Assembly (NCBI GenBank): GCA_963843555.1
Contig: CAWJKV010000012.1
Span: 32,001-96,000 of the forward strand
Direction: 5' to 3'
DNA: 64,000 nucleotides
Source of the DNA: an uncultured Methanosarcinales archaeon
GTDB taxonomy: Archaea; Halobacteriota; Methanosarcinia; Methanotrichales; Methanotrichaceae
Below the pieces are notes generated by a model. The model saw only the letters and a program-made list of their open reading frames with translations. It had not been told where the DNA came from and searched no databases. Shown one piece after another: positions 21,289-32,324 of the stretch (the first letter of the stretch is position 1; each line of letters starts with the position of its first letter). Made by a program: the position numbers and the translations under genes.

Positions 21289-21426
21289 GTAAATAAGATA
21301 TAATCTATGTGATCATATAGACGATTACGATTGAATCTGATCAGAAATTATACACATTTGACCTAAATATTCATTCTGCACTTCGATCAGTACTAATGTT
21401 CAAGACTTCCAGAAGTTCACTGTACT

Positions 21427-22597
21427 CTAGAACTCCATCAAGCTCCTCTGTACCGGCCTCCCCAGGAGCTCAGCCGTCTTGCGCCACTCTCCCGATGGGG
21501 TCTTAATCCTATTTTCCATCTCCGCCATTGCCTCAGGCAGACTCCCAAAGCGTAATGGTGGTGAGGTCATTGCTTTGCGGGCCACCTCCCGCACCACCCA
21601 GACGCCCAATGGAGCCCAGTAGGCTTCCGAGATCTCCCGCACCGCCAGCACTGCTGCCTGGCGTCCCAACAAGGCCAGGTGCTCCAGCGCCGCCAGGCGC
21701 GCTGCGTAGTATCCGCCCGCCAGGCTGCTGTATTCCTTCTTGGGTCGCGCATCCTCCCGATCACCAGCCTATGAAGCCGTCCTCGGCCCAGACGGAGCGG
21801 GGCATCCAGATCTCAATCAGCTCGAAGCTGAATGGCCGGGGCAGGAGCAATATCTCAAAATGGTTTCCCAAATCCTCTCCGGAAAACAGATAATAATCGT
21901 TGACCAGGGGCTTGTCCAAAACGGCTTCCTTGAGCTCTTTAGCGATCATGTCGTCCGAGGCGGTGATCGACCAGCGCGTGGGCACCAGCTTTCGCTTCCT
22001 CCCCAACAAGCCCAGGGAAAGCATGCGAGAGATGTGATCCACACCAATGCCCGCAGAATAGAGCTCGCCCAATGCAACAGAAGCGACCACGTCCCTATCT
22101 TCCACGACCTCGTCCACTTTGCGAGGGATGAGGGGATTGGTGGTGATCTCCATCTTCTTCAGCTCTCCGGATGGGCCGGAGGGAGAGAGCACACCATCGA
22201 ACTGGAGCCTTCCCTGGGGGGGCTTGAAGAAAGAGACCTCTGTCCCCACAGGCGCGGACGACATGGCGATCTGCTGGCATGCCTCCAGAAGCTTTCCCGG
22301 TGTCTGCGCCTCCAAGACCCCGATCTTTGTCTCAGAGCGAACCATTTGCGATCGCGAAGCTATAACCTCCCCAATGTCCATGCCGAGCAGCGGGGGTTGC
22401 CGGGCTTCACCCAGGGGTACCATGGGCCCGGCTCTCACCAATGGATAGCCGTGTCTCCCCACAAATACCTCTGGAGGGGACATTCCTTCCATGCGGCTGC
22501 CGATTTTGGGGAGGTGAGAGATCTCCTCCAGGCGGCGAAGTATGGGGCAGACGGGCCGACCGCAGTCTCCCCGGCCTTTGCAGGTGATGCATTTCAT
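21427..22597 (-). CDS. Nre-family archaeal DNA repair protein (frameshifted near the 3' end)
   Basis: CITCKG..CGRPVCP zinc motif, [30 protein letters not shown]-terminal PIP box QRSLMEF. Confidence 0.88.
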
Positions 22598-22645
22598 CAC
22601 AGCTTCAGCAAGACCCTTATAGGATATATCCACTACCATTTTGCG

Positions 22646-22984
22646 ATGAATGATCGGTTGATACCGGCGATCGCCCAGGACTGGAAGACAGGCGAGGTGC
22701 TTATGCTGGCCTATATGAACGACGAGGCATTGGCCAGGACCAGAGAGACGGGCAAAGCACATTACTGGTCTCGCTCGCGAAAGAAGCTCTGGCTAAAGGG
22801 CGAGTCCTCCGGGCACTTTCAGCTTGTCCGGGAGATACGGGTCGATTGCGATGAAGATGCCATACTGTTAATGGTCGAGCAGGAAGGAGGGGCCTGTCAT
22901 ACCGGTTATAGGTCCTGCTTCTACCGCACCTTAGACGGCCAGGTTGTAGGCGAGAAGGTATTCGATCCAGAGGATGTCTATTGA
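22646..22984 (+). CDS. hisI: Phosphoribosyl-AMP cyclohydrolase
   Basis: [47 protein letters not shown]. Confidence 0.95.
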   Translation: MNDRLIPAIAQDWKTGEVLMLAYMNDEALARTRETGKAHYWSRSRKKLWLKGESSGHFQLVREIRVDCDEDAILLMVEQEGGACHTGYRSCFYRTLDGQVVGEKVFDPEDVY

Positions 22985-24135
22985 TGTCCCGGCTAAAGAG
23001 AGCAAAAGATGCCAATTCCCGTTATACATCCCTTGGCAGTTCTGGCTCCTACCCCCTCTACTGCAATCCTCTGCTCAAGGCTGAGGCCTGCGTAGAGGAA
23101 GGCCGGATTAAGGTGCATGTTGCCGGCCCGCTGGCTCATCTGCCACTGATCAGATCCAGCATGCAGATGTTTGAGGGCCAGGTCGCGGCTCAGGCGGGAC
23201 CGGATCAGCTCTCTCTTTCCACCTGGATTCCTCCTCTGCCCAGCCGGGCTTTCGATCGGCTGGCGAACAGCCGCATGCGAGCCCTGCTGGGGCTTCGCAC
23301 CCCTGACCAGGTTACCATCTCCATCACCGAGGAGTGTCCCAATCGCTGCTCCCACTGCGCCCTGCCCAATTCCGGAAACAAGCTCCGCCTTTCTCCGCAT
23401 ACGGTTCAGGACCTGGTCAACCAGATTCTGGAGATGGGTACAACGCTGGTGATATTCGATGGAGGGGAGCCTGCACTCTACCCGGATCTGCCGGAATTGG
23501 TGCGATCTGTGGACGACCGGGCCATTTCCACACTTTTCACTTCGGGAGCGGGCTTCACTGCCGAACTGGCATTGCAGCTCAAGGAGGCGGGCCTCTATGC
23601 CGTCAATGTGAGCCTGGATAGTCCTGATGCAGAGGAGCATGATGCCATGCGGGGAAGAGAAGGAGTCTATCTGGAAGCCATGCGGGCCGTGAAAAATGCT
23701 CTTCAAGCCGGCCTGCTGGTAGACCTTTATGTGGTCTTGCGCCGCGAGAATATCTGTCATCTGCAGCATTTCCACGACCTGGCTCAATGTATAGGCGCGC
23801 ACGAGCTGACCTTCTTCGAGGTGGTCTCCACAGGCCGCTGGTCTGATCGAGAAGGGGTAGCCCTGACGCCAGAGGATCATATCCAACTGGCGGACTTCGT
23901 CTCGGGCAGAAGAGCACGAGCGCCCAGGATCTTCTCGGTTCCCGAGGCCTACAAGCTTTTTGGCTGCTTTGCGGCCCGCAGCTGGATGCATGTGACTCCT
24001 GCGGGAGAAGTCTATCCCTGCTCCTGCTACCCGGAGTCCTGGGGCAGCATCTTCAAGGAGCCCGTGAAAAAAATCTGGAGGCGTATGGGACGTTTTCCAT
24101 ATCAAGGAAGCAAAATATGCCCCATGAGAAAATAA
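22984..24135 (+). CDS. Radical SAM protein with SPASM/Twitch-like C-terminus
   Basis: CPNRCSHC, GGEP, VSLDS, C..GEVYPC. Confidence 0.88.
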   Translation: MSRLKRAKDANSRYTSLGSSGSYPLYCNPLLKAEACVEEGRIKVHVAGPLAHLPLIRSSMQMFEGQVAAQAGPDQLSLSTWIPPLPSRAFDRLANSRMRALLGLRTPDQVTISITEECPNRCSHCALPNSGNKLRLSPHTVQDLVNQILEMGTTLVIFDGGEPALYPDLPELVRSVDDRAISTLFTSGAGFTAELALQLKEAGLYAVNVSLDSPDAEEHDAMRGREGVYLEAMRAVKNALQAGLLVDLYVVLRRENICHLQHFHDLAQCIGAHELTFFEVVSTGRWSDREGVALTPEDHIQLADFVSGRRARAPRIFSVPEAYKLFGCFAARSWMHVTPAGEVYPCSCYPESWGSIFKEPVKKIWRRMGRFPYQGSKICPMRK

Positions 24136-24278
24136 GGAGTTTTTATTCCCATTTAGAGCAAAATTGCTCTATGATGGAGAGTTGAAAACCGGATTCGAAT
24201 TAAACTAGATTTGTTTTGGAGATATCACGATCAATAAATCTATATAGGACATTAATCATGAACAATATTGATCGAATT

Positions 24279-25145
24279 ATGGATTTGACACCTGTTCAAA
24301 GAGACATCTTAACCGCATTGATCAACATTCATCGCATTGAAGGACGAGCTGTAAAGGGCGAGGAGATTGCCGAGTTGATAGATCGCAATCCTGGTACCAT
24401 CCGAAACCAGATGCAATCCCTCAAAGCCCTGAACCTGGTGGAAGGCGTGCCGGGCCCCAAGGGCGGCTACCGGGCTACGGGAGCTGCCTACGAGGCGCTC
24501 AGTATCGAAGCCACCGGGGATGTTGTAACTGTTCCCGTAATCAGGAACGGAGTGCTGATGGAGGGCACCACGGCCAGCGAGATCATCTTCAACAAGGTCA
24601 TGCACTCGCAGCAATGCGACGGCGTGATTCGCGTCATCGGCAACATAAGAGACTTCAACGTGGGAGATGAGATCGAGGTGGGGCCGACACCCGTGAACAA
24701 GCTCTACATCCGGGGCACAGTTCGGGGCAGGGACGACACCATGAGCCGGCTCATTCTACACATCGACGAGATGATATCTGTCCCCAAGGTGCCCGTCAAG
24801 AAGATCGCCCGTCGCGCTGTGCGCATCCCTCCCGGCGTCTCGTTGCAGGAGGTGGCGCGTATTCTGGTGCATAACGGTGTTCAGGAGGGCCTGGTGGACG
24901 ACAGCTCACCAGGATTGATCACCCTGGCCGATGTCGCCCGGGCAGTGGCGGACGGCAGAACAGACCAGGAAGCGAGAACGATCATGACGCGAGGTTTCCT
25001 CACCATCGACTCAGAGGAGCCCATCTATGAAGCCATCAAGATGCTGGGCAAGACCGGTGCCAGCCAATTGGTGGTCTCGGAAGAGGGTGTGCTCTGGGGA
25101 TTCGTCTCTCCCACAGACCTCATCAAGTCGCTTACTCCGGCCTGA
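24279..25145 (+). CDS. HTH transcriptional regulator with C-terminal CBS domains
   Basis: LTPVQRDIL..KGEEIA..RNPGTIRNQMQ..VPGPKGGY plus a CBS pair. Confidence 0.88.
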   Translation: MDLTPVQRDILTALINIHRIEGRAVKGEEIAELIDRNPGTIRNQMQSLKALNLVEGVPGPKGGYRATGAAYEALSIEATGDVVTVPVIRNGVLMEGTTASEIIFNKVMHSQQCDGVIRVIGNIRDFNVGDEIEVGPTPVNKLYIRGTVRGRDDTMSRLILHIDEMISVPKVPVKKIARRAVRIPPGVSLQEVARILVHNGVQEGLVDDSSPGLITLADVARAVADGRTDQEARTIMTRGFLTIDSEEPIYEAIKMLGKTGASQLVVSEEGVLWGFVSPTDLIKSLTPA

Positions 25146-25806
25146 TCTCTGTGCCAGTGTGCCCACCCAGGGCACCTTTTCTTAAATTTTCCAGTTTGCT
25201 GCCCAGGACTATTGATGTGGGAATGGAGCTTCTCTCTATGATCTTGGCAGCCAGAGGATCGACGGGAGAGCGCGAACCTGCTTTCATTTCTGTCTCCATG
25301 GCCAGGCGCACCAGTGCATGGTGCGTCATTGTGGCCAGCCTCTTGGCAGCTGGATCCTTCTCCGGATCGGCGTTATAGACGCCATCTACCGAGGTGGCCA
25401 CGATCAGTTTGTCGGCGTGCACGTACTCCGCCAATAGGGCAGCGACGGCGTCCGTTGTCTGACCGGGGGCAACCCCGCCCATGACCACGATCTTGCCCTT
25501 CTCAGCCAGCCGGGCAGCCTGGGCATAGGAGTCGGGAATCTCCTGCGGTGCGGCAGCGCCAAGAGCTGCCACGAGCAGCGCCGAGTTGAGCTTTGTCGCA
25601 CCGATGCCGATGGTGTCGCAGAACATCTCGCTGGCGCCCAGAGCGCGCGCCTTTTCGATGTACTCGCGGGCAATTTTCCCGCCGCCAACTACTACGAAGA
25701 TCTGGTGCTCCTGGGCCAGTTGCCGGAGGGCATCTGCGTATTCACGCAGGCTCCGCGCATCGCGGCCTGCCAGGATGGAGCCGCCCAGAGAATAAACAAG
25801 TATCAT
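25132..25806 (-). CDS. pyrH: UMP kinase (archaeal type)
   Basis: SLGGS, VVGGGKIAREY, PGQTTDAVA, VDGVYNADP, VDPLAAKII. Confidence 0.95.
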   Translation of the reverse strand: MILVYSLGGSILAGRDARSLREYADALRQLAQEHQIFVVVGGGKIAREYIEKARALGASEMFCDTIGIGATKLNSALLVAALGAAAPQEIPDSYAQAARLAEKGKIVVMGGVAPGQTTDAVAALLAEYVHADKLIVATSVDGVYNADPEKDPAAKRLATMTHHALVRLAMETEMKAGSRSPVDPLAAKIIERSSIPTSIVLGSKLENLRKGALGGHTGTEIRPE

Positions 25807-26104
25807 GGAGAGGGAGAGCGAGTGAGGGGATAAATAGGTTGCCGGGAGGTGACACGATGGAGAAGAGCAATTTTAGTAAACGAAATGAAGGTGTAACTCT
25901 TCAAGATTGAGCTTGAACAGATAGTATCTATCTCAACCATTTTTCTGGTTCCTTCTTGCCACTTTTGCGTGGGAGCTTTCCACTTGCTCGAAGATCGTGA
26001 GTGAAGATATTGCCCGTTTGATTGCCTAGGCCCTGACCAAGATCATTCAAACATATGCTCAAGTCGAATAGAGTGCCTCATTCGCTCATTTTATCTCCTA
26101 GATT

Positions 26105-26170
26105 ATGGCGAGGAAGAAATTGCATAGTGTCAAACTGAAAAATGAGGAACGGGAAGAACTAAATCGATAA
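26105..26170 (+). mobile_element. Remnant of an IS630-like transposase N-terminus
   Basis: MARKKLHSVKLKNEEREELNR* resembles the start of IS630-family transposases; stops after 21 codons in a degraded intergenic region. Confidence 0.45.
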
Positions 26171-26443
26171 TTTCCTGAAAGCAAGCTGCATCCCATCAGG
26201 ATAGACATGATCCGACATCGACCAGAAAGGAAAAAGTGTTTCATAAAGGTACCGATTAGTGAAGGAGAAACTTTTGGGAGATCCAGAGCGAGGGCCAGAC
26301 TACAAGTCGTTTGACCCTCGCATCTGGTGCTGAATGGACGCATGGAATAGCAAACCATTCCAGTACACTTTACTTTATACAATCTGGTTTTACTTAAGGG
26401 TTTTGGTAAGCTCAAATTATGGGTCAAATGACATACAGCCCTC

Positions 26444-27613
26444 TTAGCAGGAGGGTATCTTGACAGCAGCAATCTCGGTTCCTGACTCCCGGCCGTAGGC
26501 CTCAATCCTTTGCAGGGCATGGTCTACCATTCCTCCTGAGGTCATGATCAGAGAACTCTTGCCGGTTAAAGCCTTCAGGATGCATTTGTCTATGACACCA
26601 TAGGTGAAGTCCAGGTGGATCGAAGACCGCTCGGCCATAACCTTGGCGCTGGTACCCATTGCGCCCGTATAGTCCGCTCCCGTCTTTTCGAGGATCTCAG
26701 GGATTTGCAGAAAGAGATCTTCATCCACATTGCAGATGTAGATCTTTCCCCGGCCCTTTTCCGTAACCGGTTCCTTCTTCTCTGTTCTTGACTCCAATAG
26801 ATCGCAAAGCTCGAGGATGTTCAAGGGAGGCTTAGCCCCATTTACAAGACCACGGCCCGCCAGCTCCTGGTAAAGGTCGACAACGGTAGGAAGCTTCAGC
26901 CTGGCCTCCTTGATCAGCACTGCATCGCCGAATATCTCCTGGCCCTTGCCGCGGCGCAGCACTCCCCCGTCCTTCATCAAGACCACATCGTCCGCCCAGC
27001 GATAGGCCAGGTCAACATCATGGGTGGAGATGATCATGGTCTTTCTGCCGAGGTTCAGCTCATCGAGCATCTCCATGATCTCCTCGGAGCTGGCCGGATC
27101 GAGGTTTGAGGTGGGCTCATCGAGAATCATCACCTCGGGCTCCATGGCCAGGACGCCGGCAATGGCAGCCCTCTTCTTCTCGCCTCCGCTGAGGTGATGG
27201 GGCGGCCGGCGTTCGTATCCCGAGAGGCCAACGTACTGCAGGGCGTAACTCACGTATTTCTTTACCCTCTCAGGCGGAAAACCCAGGTTCACGGGCCCGA
27301 AGGCTACATCCTGGTAGACAGTAGGAGCAAAGAGCTGATCATCGGAGTTCTGGAAGACCATGCCCACTTTTCGCCTGACCTCTCTCAGGGAAGCAGAATC
27401 ATATCTCAGACTCCGGCCGTGAAAGAGGATTTCGCCGTTTGTCGGCCGAAGAATCCCGTTGAACATGAGCATAAGGGTGGACTTGCCGGCACCATTGGGC
27501 CCCACCAGGGCGATCTTTTTGTCTTCCTCCAGGGAGAGGCTCACATTGTTCAAACCCTGGGTTCCGTCTCCGTAGGAATAGTCAACACTTCTGGTTTCAA
27601 GGATGTTCGTCAT
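26444..27613 (-). CDS. cbiO: ECF cobalt/nickel transporter ATPase with C-terminal extension
   Basis: GPNGAGKST, VFQNSDDQLF, LSGGEKKR, LDEPT, STHD. Confidence 0.93.
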   Translation of the reverse strand: MTNILETRSVDYSYGDGTQGLNNVSLSLEEDKKIALVGPNGAGKSTLMLMFNGILRPTNGEILFHGRSLRYDSASLREVRRKVGMVFQNSDDQLFAPTVYQDVAFGPVNLGFPPERVKKYVSYALQYVGLSGYERRPPHHLSGGEKKRAAIAGVLAMEPEVMILDEPTSNLDPASSEEIMEMLDELNLGRKTMIISTHDVDLAYRWADDVVLMKDGGVLRRGKGQEIFGDAVLIKEARLKLPTVVDLYQELAGRGLVNGAKPPLNILELCDLLESRTEKKEPVTEKGRGKIYICNVDEDLFLQIPEILEKTGADYTGAMGTSAKVMAERSSIHLDFTYGVIDKCILKALTGKSSLIMTSGGMVDHALQRIEAYGRESGTEIAAVKIPSC

Positions 27614-27621
27614 TTGTTTCC

Positions 27622-28404
27622 TCATAGAAGATTGATGCTTCGGGTTAAAGCCGCGAATGCCATAACCAGGATTAAATACGCCACCACGGCAAAGACCTCA
27701 ATTGGCTTTGGTCCGGGGCTCTGGTCCATGAGATCAAGCACGCCGTTGTAGCAGCGTGCGTCCATGGCCACGATAAGCCGTTCTCCCTGCTCCCAGGATC
27801 GCAAAAAGAGAACGCTGGAAAGCATGGCGAAGGAGCCAAGAGAGTTTCTGGCTCCAACATCCCCCAGACGCATCACCTGGGCGTTGTGGATCATGGCTGC
27901 CTGATCCAGAAAGACAAATATGTACCTGTAAATCATCATTGATAGCTCAAGTACTGATTCCGGAATCCTCAGGGACTTCAAAACGGCAAAGATCTCAATC
28001 ATAGGTGTGGTCAGAGCTATGAAAAAGAGAGAGGTCATGCCGCCGAAGGTTCTGGCGATCAGGAGAAGGGCCAGGTTTGCTCCTTCTGCTCCAATGCTCA
28101 GTTGCAGCCCGAAGATGTCCAGGGCGAATAGTGTTTGTCCGGAGCCATGCATGAAGGCCACAATTCCGGCGCTGAGCATTGCGAAGGAGAGGGGCAGGAG
28201 AAGCAGCCGGGAGTAAAAGCGGATAGGAATTTTGGCCAGCATCACAGTTATAAGGCTCATGGTCACGGCCACGAACAGAGGTGTCAGGGGCGTGACTGAA
28301 GATACCGAAATAAGGATGGCGCCCAGGCCCAGGAGCAATTTGAGCCGCGCATCCGTATTCCGCAGAGCGTTGGATTGTGCCCAGTCGTCCAGAAGGTCAT
28401 GCAT
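27622..28404 (-). CDS. cbiQ: ECF cobalt transporter T component
   Basis: TM protein with LTTP, YRYIF, AQVMRLG, AMDARCY. Confidence 0.92.
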   Translation of the reverse strand: MHDLLDDWAQSNALRNTDARLKLLLGLGAILISVSSVTPLTPLFVAVTMSLITVMLAKIPIRFYSRLLLLPLSFAMLSAGIVAFMHGSGQTLFALDIFGLQLSIGAEGANLALLLIARTFGGMTSLFFIALTTPMIEIFAVLKSLRIPESVLELSMMIYRYIFVFLDQAAMIHNAQVMRLGDVGARNSLGSFAMLSSVLFLRSWEQGERLIVAMDARCYNGVLDLMDQSPGPKPIEVFAVVAYLILVMAFAALTRSINLL

Positions 28405-28720
28405 CTGATTTTCCTTCATTCTCCTGGACAGCTTTGGCAGTCTTCATCTTCGCTGCAGCTCGGTAGTAACCCAGAAAATAGCCGATGATGAGGCTGCCGA
28501 TGGCCGCCTGCAGGGCAAAGAGGAGGCTCTCAATCTCTCCACTGGGCGGCGTATAAATGGACTGGAACCAGGGCTGGTAGGTGCCGCCGGTCAGATCGGA
28601 AATCACTTCTTCTGCCTGGCCGTCAGCTCCGCCCCACTCGTGGTTTCCGGTTGAACTTACGTAGGCGAAAGCCGCGATGAAGACAACTATAACACCCAGA
28701 GTTACGAGCTCCAGTTTCAT
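28397..28720 (-). CDS. cbiN: Cobalt transporter small subunit
   Basis: WGGADG, YQPWF, PPSGEIESLLFALQAAIG. Confidence 0.93.
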   Translation of the reverse strand: MKLELVTLGVIVVFIAAFAYVSSTGNHEWGGADGQAEEVISDLTGGTYQPWFQSIYTPPSGEIESLLFALQAAIGSLIIGYFLGYYRAAAKMKTAKAVQENEGKSDA

Positions 28721-29412
28721 GCCGAAGACTCCTTTAAGCTATTCATAGTGCTTGGTGAGACCACATTCATTCTCAGCAGCACATCGCCTCGAAGCTGCAC
28801 TATGTACTTGAACATCAATGCTGTCACCACCCCTTCAACTATGGCCAGGGGAACCTGGGTTATGGCAAAGACTGCGGCAAAGGCCCAAAAGGATGCCAGG
28901 ACTCCTCCAGAGGCTGCCGGGAACGCCAGAGCAAGTTGAAGAGACGTAACAACATATGTCGCTAAATCGGCGAACATCGCCGCCAGAAAAACAGCTACAT
29001 ACAAATTCAACCTTGACTTCATGGCAGCCTTATAGATGATTACTGCGACTATCGGCCCCGCAATGCCCATGGAGAAGGTATTAGCACCCAAGGTGCTCAG
29101 ACCGCCATGAGCCAGAAATACCGCCTGATAAATCAGGACTATCGTGGCCATGACCGAGGTTATCCAGGGACCGAAGATAATCGCACTCATGCCCGTGCCC
29201 GTGGGGTGGGAGCAGCTTCCAGTGACGGAAGGCATCTTTAGAGAGGAAAGAACGAAAATAAATGCACCAGAGACGCCCAATAGTGGCAGTATTTCGCGGT
29301 TCTCTTTTATCATCCTGTTCATTCTATGGACTCCGTAAGCGACTGCCGGCAGGGAGAGTGCAAACCACAACACGCACCACTGCAGAGGCAAGAAACCTTC
29401 CATTATATGCAT
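28717..29412 (-). CDS. cbiM: ECF cobalt transporter S component
   Basis: MHIMEGFLP N-terminus, GSCSHPTG, AHGGLSTLGAN. Confidence 0.95.
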   Translation of the reverse strand: MHIMEGFLPLQWCVLWFALSLPAVAYGVHRMNRMIKENREILPLLGVSGAFIFVLSSLKMPSVTGSCSHPTGTGMSAIIFGPWITSVMATIVLIYQAVFLAHGGLSTLGANTFSMGIAGPIVAVIIYKAAMKSRLNLYVAVFLAAMFADLATYVVTSLQLALAFPAASGGVLASFWAFAAVFAITQVPLAIVEGVVTALMFKYIVQLRGDVLLRMNVVSPSTMNSLKESSA

Positions 29413-29611
29413 TGCGCCACCATTAATGACAGAGATATTCTGCCATATAAAGTTTTCTTGTGTTATGATCAACTAAGTTTAATTAAAGCATAATTCGACA
29501 GCATTACCCATAAAACCGAAAAAATCTCATTGGATCTCTTTCTCATCTTAATCAGTTTCGGCCCGCTCTTGAATCGCCCTTAAATATTGAGTCTGTCCAG
29601 AAGAATCTATC

Positions 29612-30817
29612 TTGACCCGGATATTTACCGTCACGGACCTGAATGAGAGGATAAAAGACCGCCTGGAAAATGATCCCCGCCTGCATGACCTCTGGGCGCA
29701 GGGCGAGGTCTCCAACTACGTCCATCACAGGTCCGGGCACAGGTACTTCACCCTCAAGGACAGGGACTCACAAATCTCCTGCGTTCTCTTCAAAAATCAG
29801 GCCTCAAGGCTGGACTTTGAACTGAAGGATGGATTGAACATTCTGGTCTATGGAGATATTGCCGTCTACAGGCCGCAGGGCAGAGTGCAGCTGGTGGCCC
29901 AGGGCGTAAAGCAGGATGTAGGCCTGGGATTTCGCCACTTGCAATTCGAGGCTTTGAAGAAGAAGCTGGCAGCGGAGGGGTTGTTCGATTTGGAGCGCAA
30001 GCGCGGCATCCCCCGCTATCCAGAGAGGATCGGCATTGTCACCTCTCCGCAGGGGGCGGCGCTGCGAGATGTCCTGCGCATCATAGGCCTCTATCCGGCG
30101 CGCATCATTCTCTCTCCGGCGCAGGTGCAGGGCGAAGGGGCGGAGGAGAGCATCGTCTCGGCGTTGCTGGCGCTGCAGGGCCAGACTGATGTGGTCATAG
30201 TCTGTCGTGGCGGTGGCTCCACTGAAGACCTCTGGTGCTTCAATTCGGAAGCAGTGGCCCGTGCCATATTCGGATGCGACTCACCTGTCATCTCGGCTGT
30301 GGGCCACGAGACTGATGTCACCATTGCCGATTTTGTGGCCGATATGCGCGCAGCAACGCCCACAGCAGCAGCAAAGATGGCTGTGCCTGATATTGAGGAG
30401 GTGAAAGAGTGGCTGCGTGAGAGCGAGGTAAGAATGGTGCGCGCCCTTTGGACGGTCCTGGAGCGAAAAGAGGAGCGTCTGGAGTATCTGCAGCAAAGCA
30501 TCTCTGCCAGGAGGATGTATTCCCTGGCGACAGAAGCCCGGCAGCGTCTGGATTATCTTGGTGAACGACTGGCTGCCGCCCAGGTGGATGAGCTAAAGAC
30601 CAGGAGGGCGCGCCTGGATCTGGCCCAGGGTCGCCTGGTGGCTGTAGGACCTCGTGCGACCCTTTTGCGGGGCTATGCCATAGCCCGATCGAAGCGGGGC
30701 CTGATACTGAGAGCAGAGGACGCAAGGCCCGGTGAGGTGGTGGAACTGATCCTGGGTGCAGGGAAGGCTCAGGTGCAGGGTTTTGGAGATCGCGGATGGG
30801 AAGGAGGAGTCAATTGA
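29612..30817 (+). CDS. xseA: Exodeoxyribonuclease VII large subunit (C-terminus possibly frameshifted)
   Basis: GEVSN..SGHRYFTLKD, RGGGS.EDLW.FN, SAVGHETD, ATPTAAA, L.RGYA. Confidence 0.93.
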   Translation: MTRIFTVTDLNERIKDRLENDPRLHDLWAQGEVSNYVHHRSGHRYFTLKDRDSQISCVLFKNQASRLDFELKDGLNILVYGDIAVYRPQGRVQLVAQGVKQDVGLGFRHLQFEALKKKLAAEGLFDLERKRGIPRYPERIGIVTSPQGAALRDVLRIIGLYPARIILSPAQVQGEGAEESIVSALLALQGQTDVVIVCRGGGSTEDLWCFNSEAVARAIFGCDSPVISAVGHETDVTIADFVADMRAATPTAAAKMAVPDIEEVKEWLRESEVRMVRALWTVLERKEERLEYLQQSISARRMYSLATEARQRLDYLGERLAAAQVDELKTRRARLDLAQGRLVAVGPRATLLRGYAIARSKRGLILRAEDARPGEVVELILGAGKAQVQGFGDRGWEGGVN

Positions 30818-31027
30818 GTGAATAAGGGAGAAGTCGGACTGGAAGAGGCGCTGGAAGACCTGGAGCGCATAGTCTCGGAGCTGGAAGAGGGAAAGATGAG
30901 CCTGGAGGAGAGTCTGGACCTCTATGAGAAAGGGATGAAGCTGGTCAAGCTCTGCAACGCCCGGCTGGAGAGAGCCGAGAGAAGGATCGAGAGCCTGACG
31001 GGCGAGGTGCCGCCCGATCTGGCCTGA
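30818..31027 (+). CDS. xseB: Exodeoxyribonuclease VII small subunit
   Basis: LEEALEDLERIV.ELE.G..SLEESL..YEKG..L...C. Confidence 0.93.
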   Translation: MNKGEVGLEEALEDLERIVSELEEGKMSLEESLDLYEKGMKLVKLCNARLERAERRIESLTGEVPPDLA

Positions 31028-31065
31028 TGCGGTGTGCTGTGTGGTAAAGCTTAAATACGATATTA

Positions 31066-31105
31066 GATGTACTTTTTCGTACATTATAGTATTGATTAGT
31101 ACATC
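31066..31105 (+). promoter_or_regulatory. Array of four TRP-box-like sites (TrpY-type operator) upstream of trpB
   Basis: TGTACT/CGTACA/AGTATT/AGTACA at 10-bp spacing; outer pair forms a perfect GATGTACT..AGTACATC inverted repeat just after TATA-like CTTAAATA. Confidence 0.65.
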
Positions 31106-31142
31106 AGAAGCATACTAAGCCGGTGATCCTTTGAAGTGTTTG

Positions 31143-32324
31143 ATGCCCGAGAATTTTGCGATAAAGTTTGGGAGGTACGGCGGTCTCTTTGTGCCCGAAA
31201 CGCTCGTGCAACCCCTGTCAGATCTGAGTGCCGCCTATGAGGGCCTGAAAGGAAACGAGCAGTTTCAAGATGAACTGAGGTCTCTTCTCAGGAACTTCGC
31301 GGGACGGCCGACGTCCTTATATTTTGCCAGAAATCTCAGCCGGGAGCTGGGTCGCAAAGTCTACCTGAAGAGAGAGGATCTGGTGCACGGCGGGGCGCAC
31401 AAGCTCAACAACACACTCGGCCAGGCTCTGGTGGCGAAGAAGATGGGAAAAACCCGGCTCATAGCTGAAACGGGCGCAGGCCAGCATGGCGTGGCCACGG
31501 CCATCGTGGGAGCCAATCTGGGCTTCGAGACGCAGATCTATATGGGCGAGGTAGACATCGAGCGGCAGAAGATGAATGTCTACCGCATGGAGCTGATGGG
31601 TGCTGAGGTCATACCGGTCCGGTCCGGCTCCAGGACTCTCAAGGACGCCATCAATGAGGCCATGCGTGACTGGGCGGCCAGTTTCGATCACACTCATTAT
31701 CTCTTGGGAACAGCGGCAGGCGCCCATCCCTTTCCAACAATGGTGCGGGACTTTCAAAGCGTAATCGGACTTGAAGCCCGCAGGCAGATTCAGGAGGCAG
31801 AAGGCCGTCTTCCGGACAGCATCGTGGCCTGTGTGGGTGGCGGCAGCAACGCCATGGGGATCTTCGCCCCCTTCTTGAAGGACGAATCGAGGCTTATAGC
31901 AGTGGAGGCGGGAGGCCGGGGCCCCGGCAAGAACGAGAGGATGGCGGACAATGGAGCATCTCTTGGTTACGGCACAGACGGCATTCTGCATGGCGCTCTC
32001 ACCAAGATCCTGCAGGACCCTTACGGCCAGATTCTGGAGTCGTATTCCGTGGCTGCCGGACTGGATTATCCTGGAGTGGGTCCGGAGCTGGCCTTTTTAG
32101 CGGAAAAGGGGCGCGTGCAGCCCAGGATCGCAGATGATAAGACCGCTATGGAGGGATTCCATGCTCTCTCACGGCTGGAGGGCATTATCCCGGCGCTGGA
32201 GTCGGCGCACGCCGTGGGCTATGCCCTGCAGGAGCCGGAGACTCTGGGTGAATTGGCGATCATAAATGTATCCGGCCGCGGTGACAAAGATCTGGCAACG
32301 GTGATGGAATATGAGAATCTCTGA
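31143..32324 (+). CDS. trpB: Tryptophan synthase beta chain
   Basis: [50 protein letters not shown]. Confidence 0.97.
   Translation: MPENFAIKFGRYGGLFVPETLVQPLSDLSAAYEGLKGNEQFQDELRSLLRNFAGRPTSLYFARNLSRELGRKVYLKREDLVHGGAHKLNNTLGQALVAKKMGKTRLIAETGAGQHGVATAIVGANLGFETQIYMGEVDIERQKMNVYRMELMGAEVIPVRSGSRTLKDAINEAMRDWAASFDHTHYLLGTAAGAHPFPTMVRDFQSVIGLEARRQIQEAEGRLPDSIVACVGGGSNAMGIFAPFLKDESRLIAVEAGGRGPGKNERMADNGASLGYGTDGILHGALTKILQDPYGQILESYSVAAGLDYPGVGPELAFLAEKGRVQPRIADDKTAMEGFHALSRLEGIIPALESAHAVGYALQEPETLGELAIINVSGRGDKDLATVMEYENL

Noticed and set aside
21740..24105. Long antisense/extension ORFs (21740-22984 N-terminal part, 22993-24105; likewise 39833-41068)
   Set aside because: Shadow ORFs of GC-rich genes on the opposite strand
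29463..29493. NikR operator or cobalamin riboswitch upstream of cbiM
   Set aside because: TTATG..CATAA spacing (19 bp) does not fit the usual NikR spacing, and the leader is too short for a riboswitch
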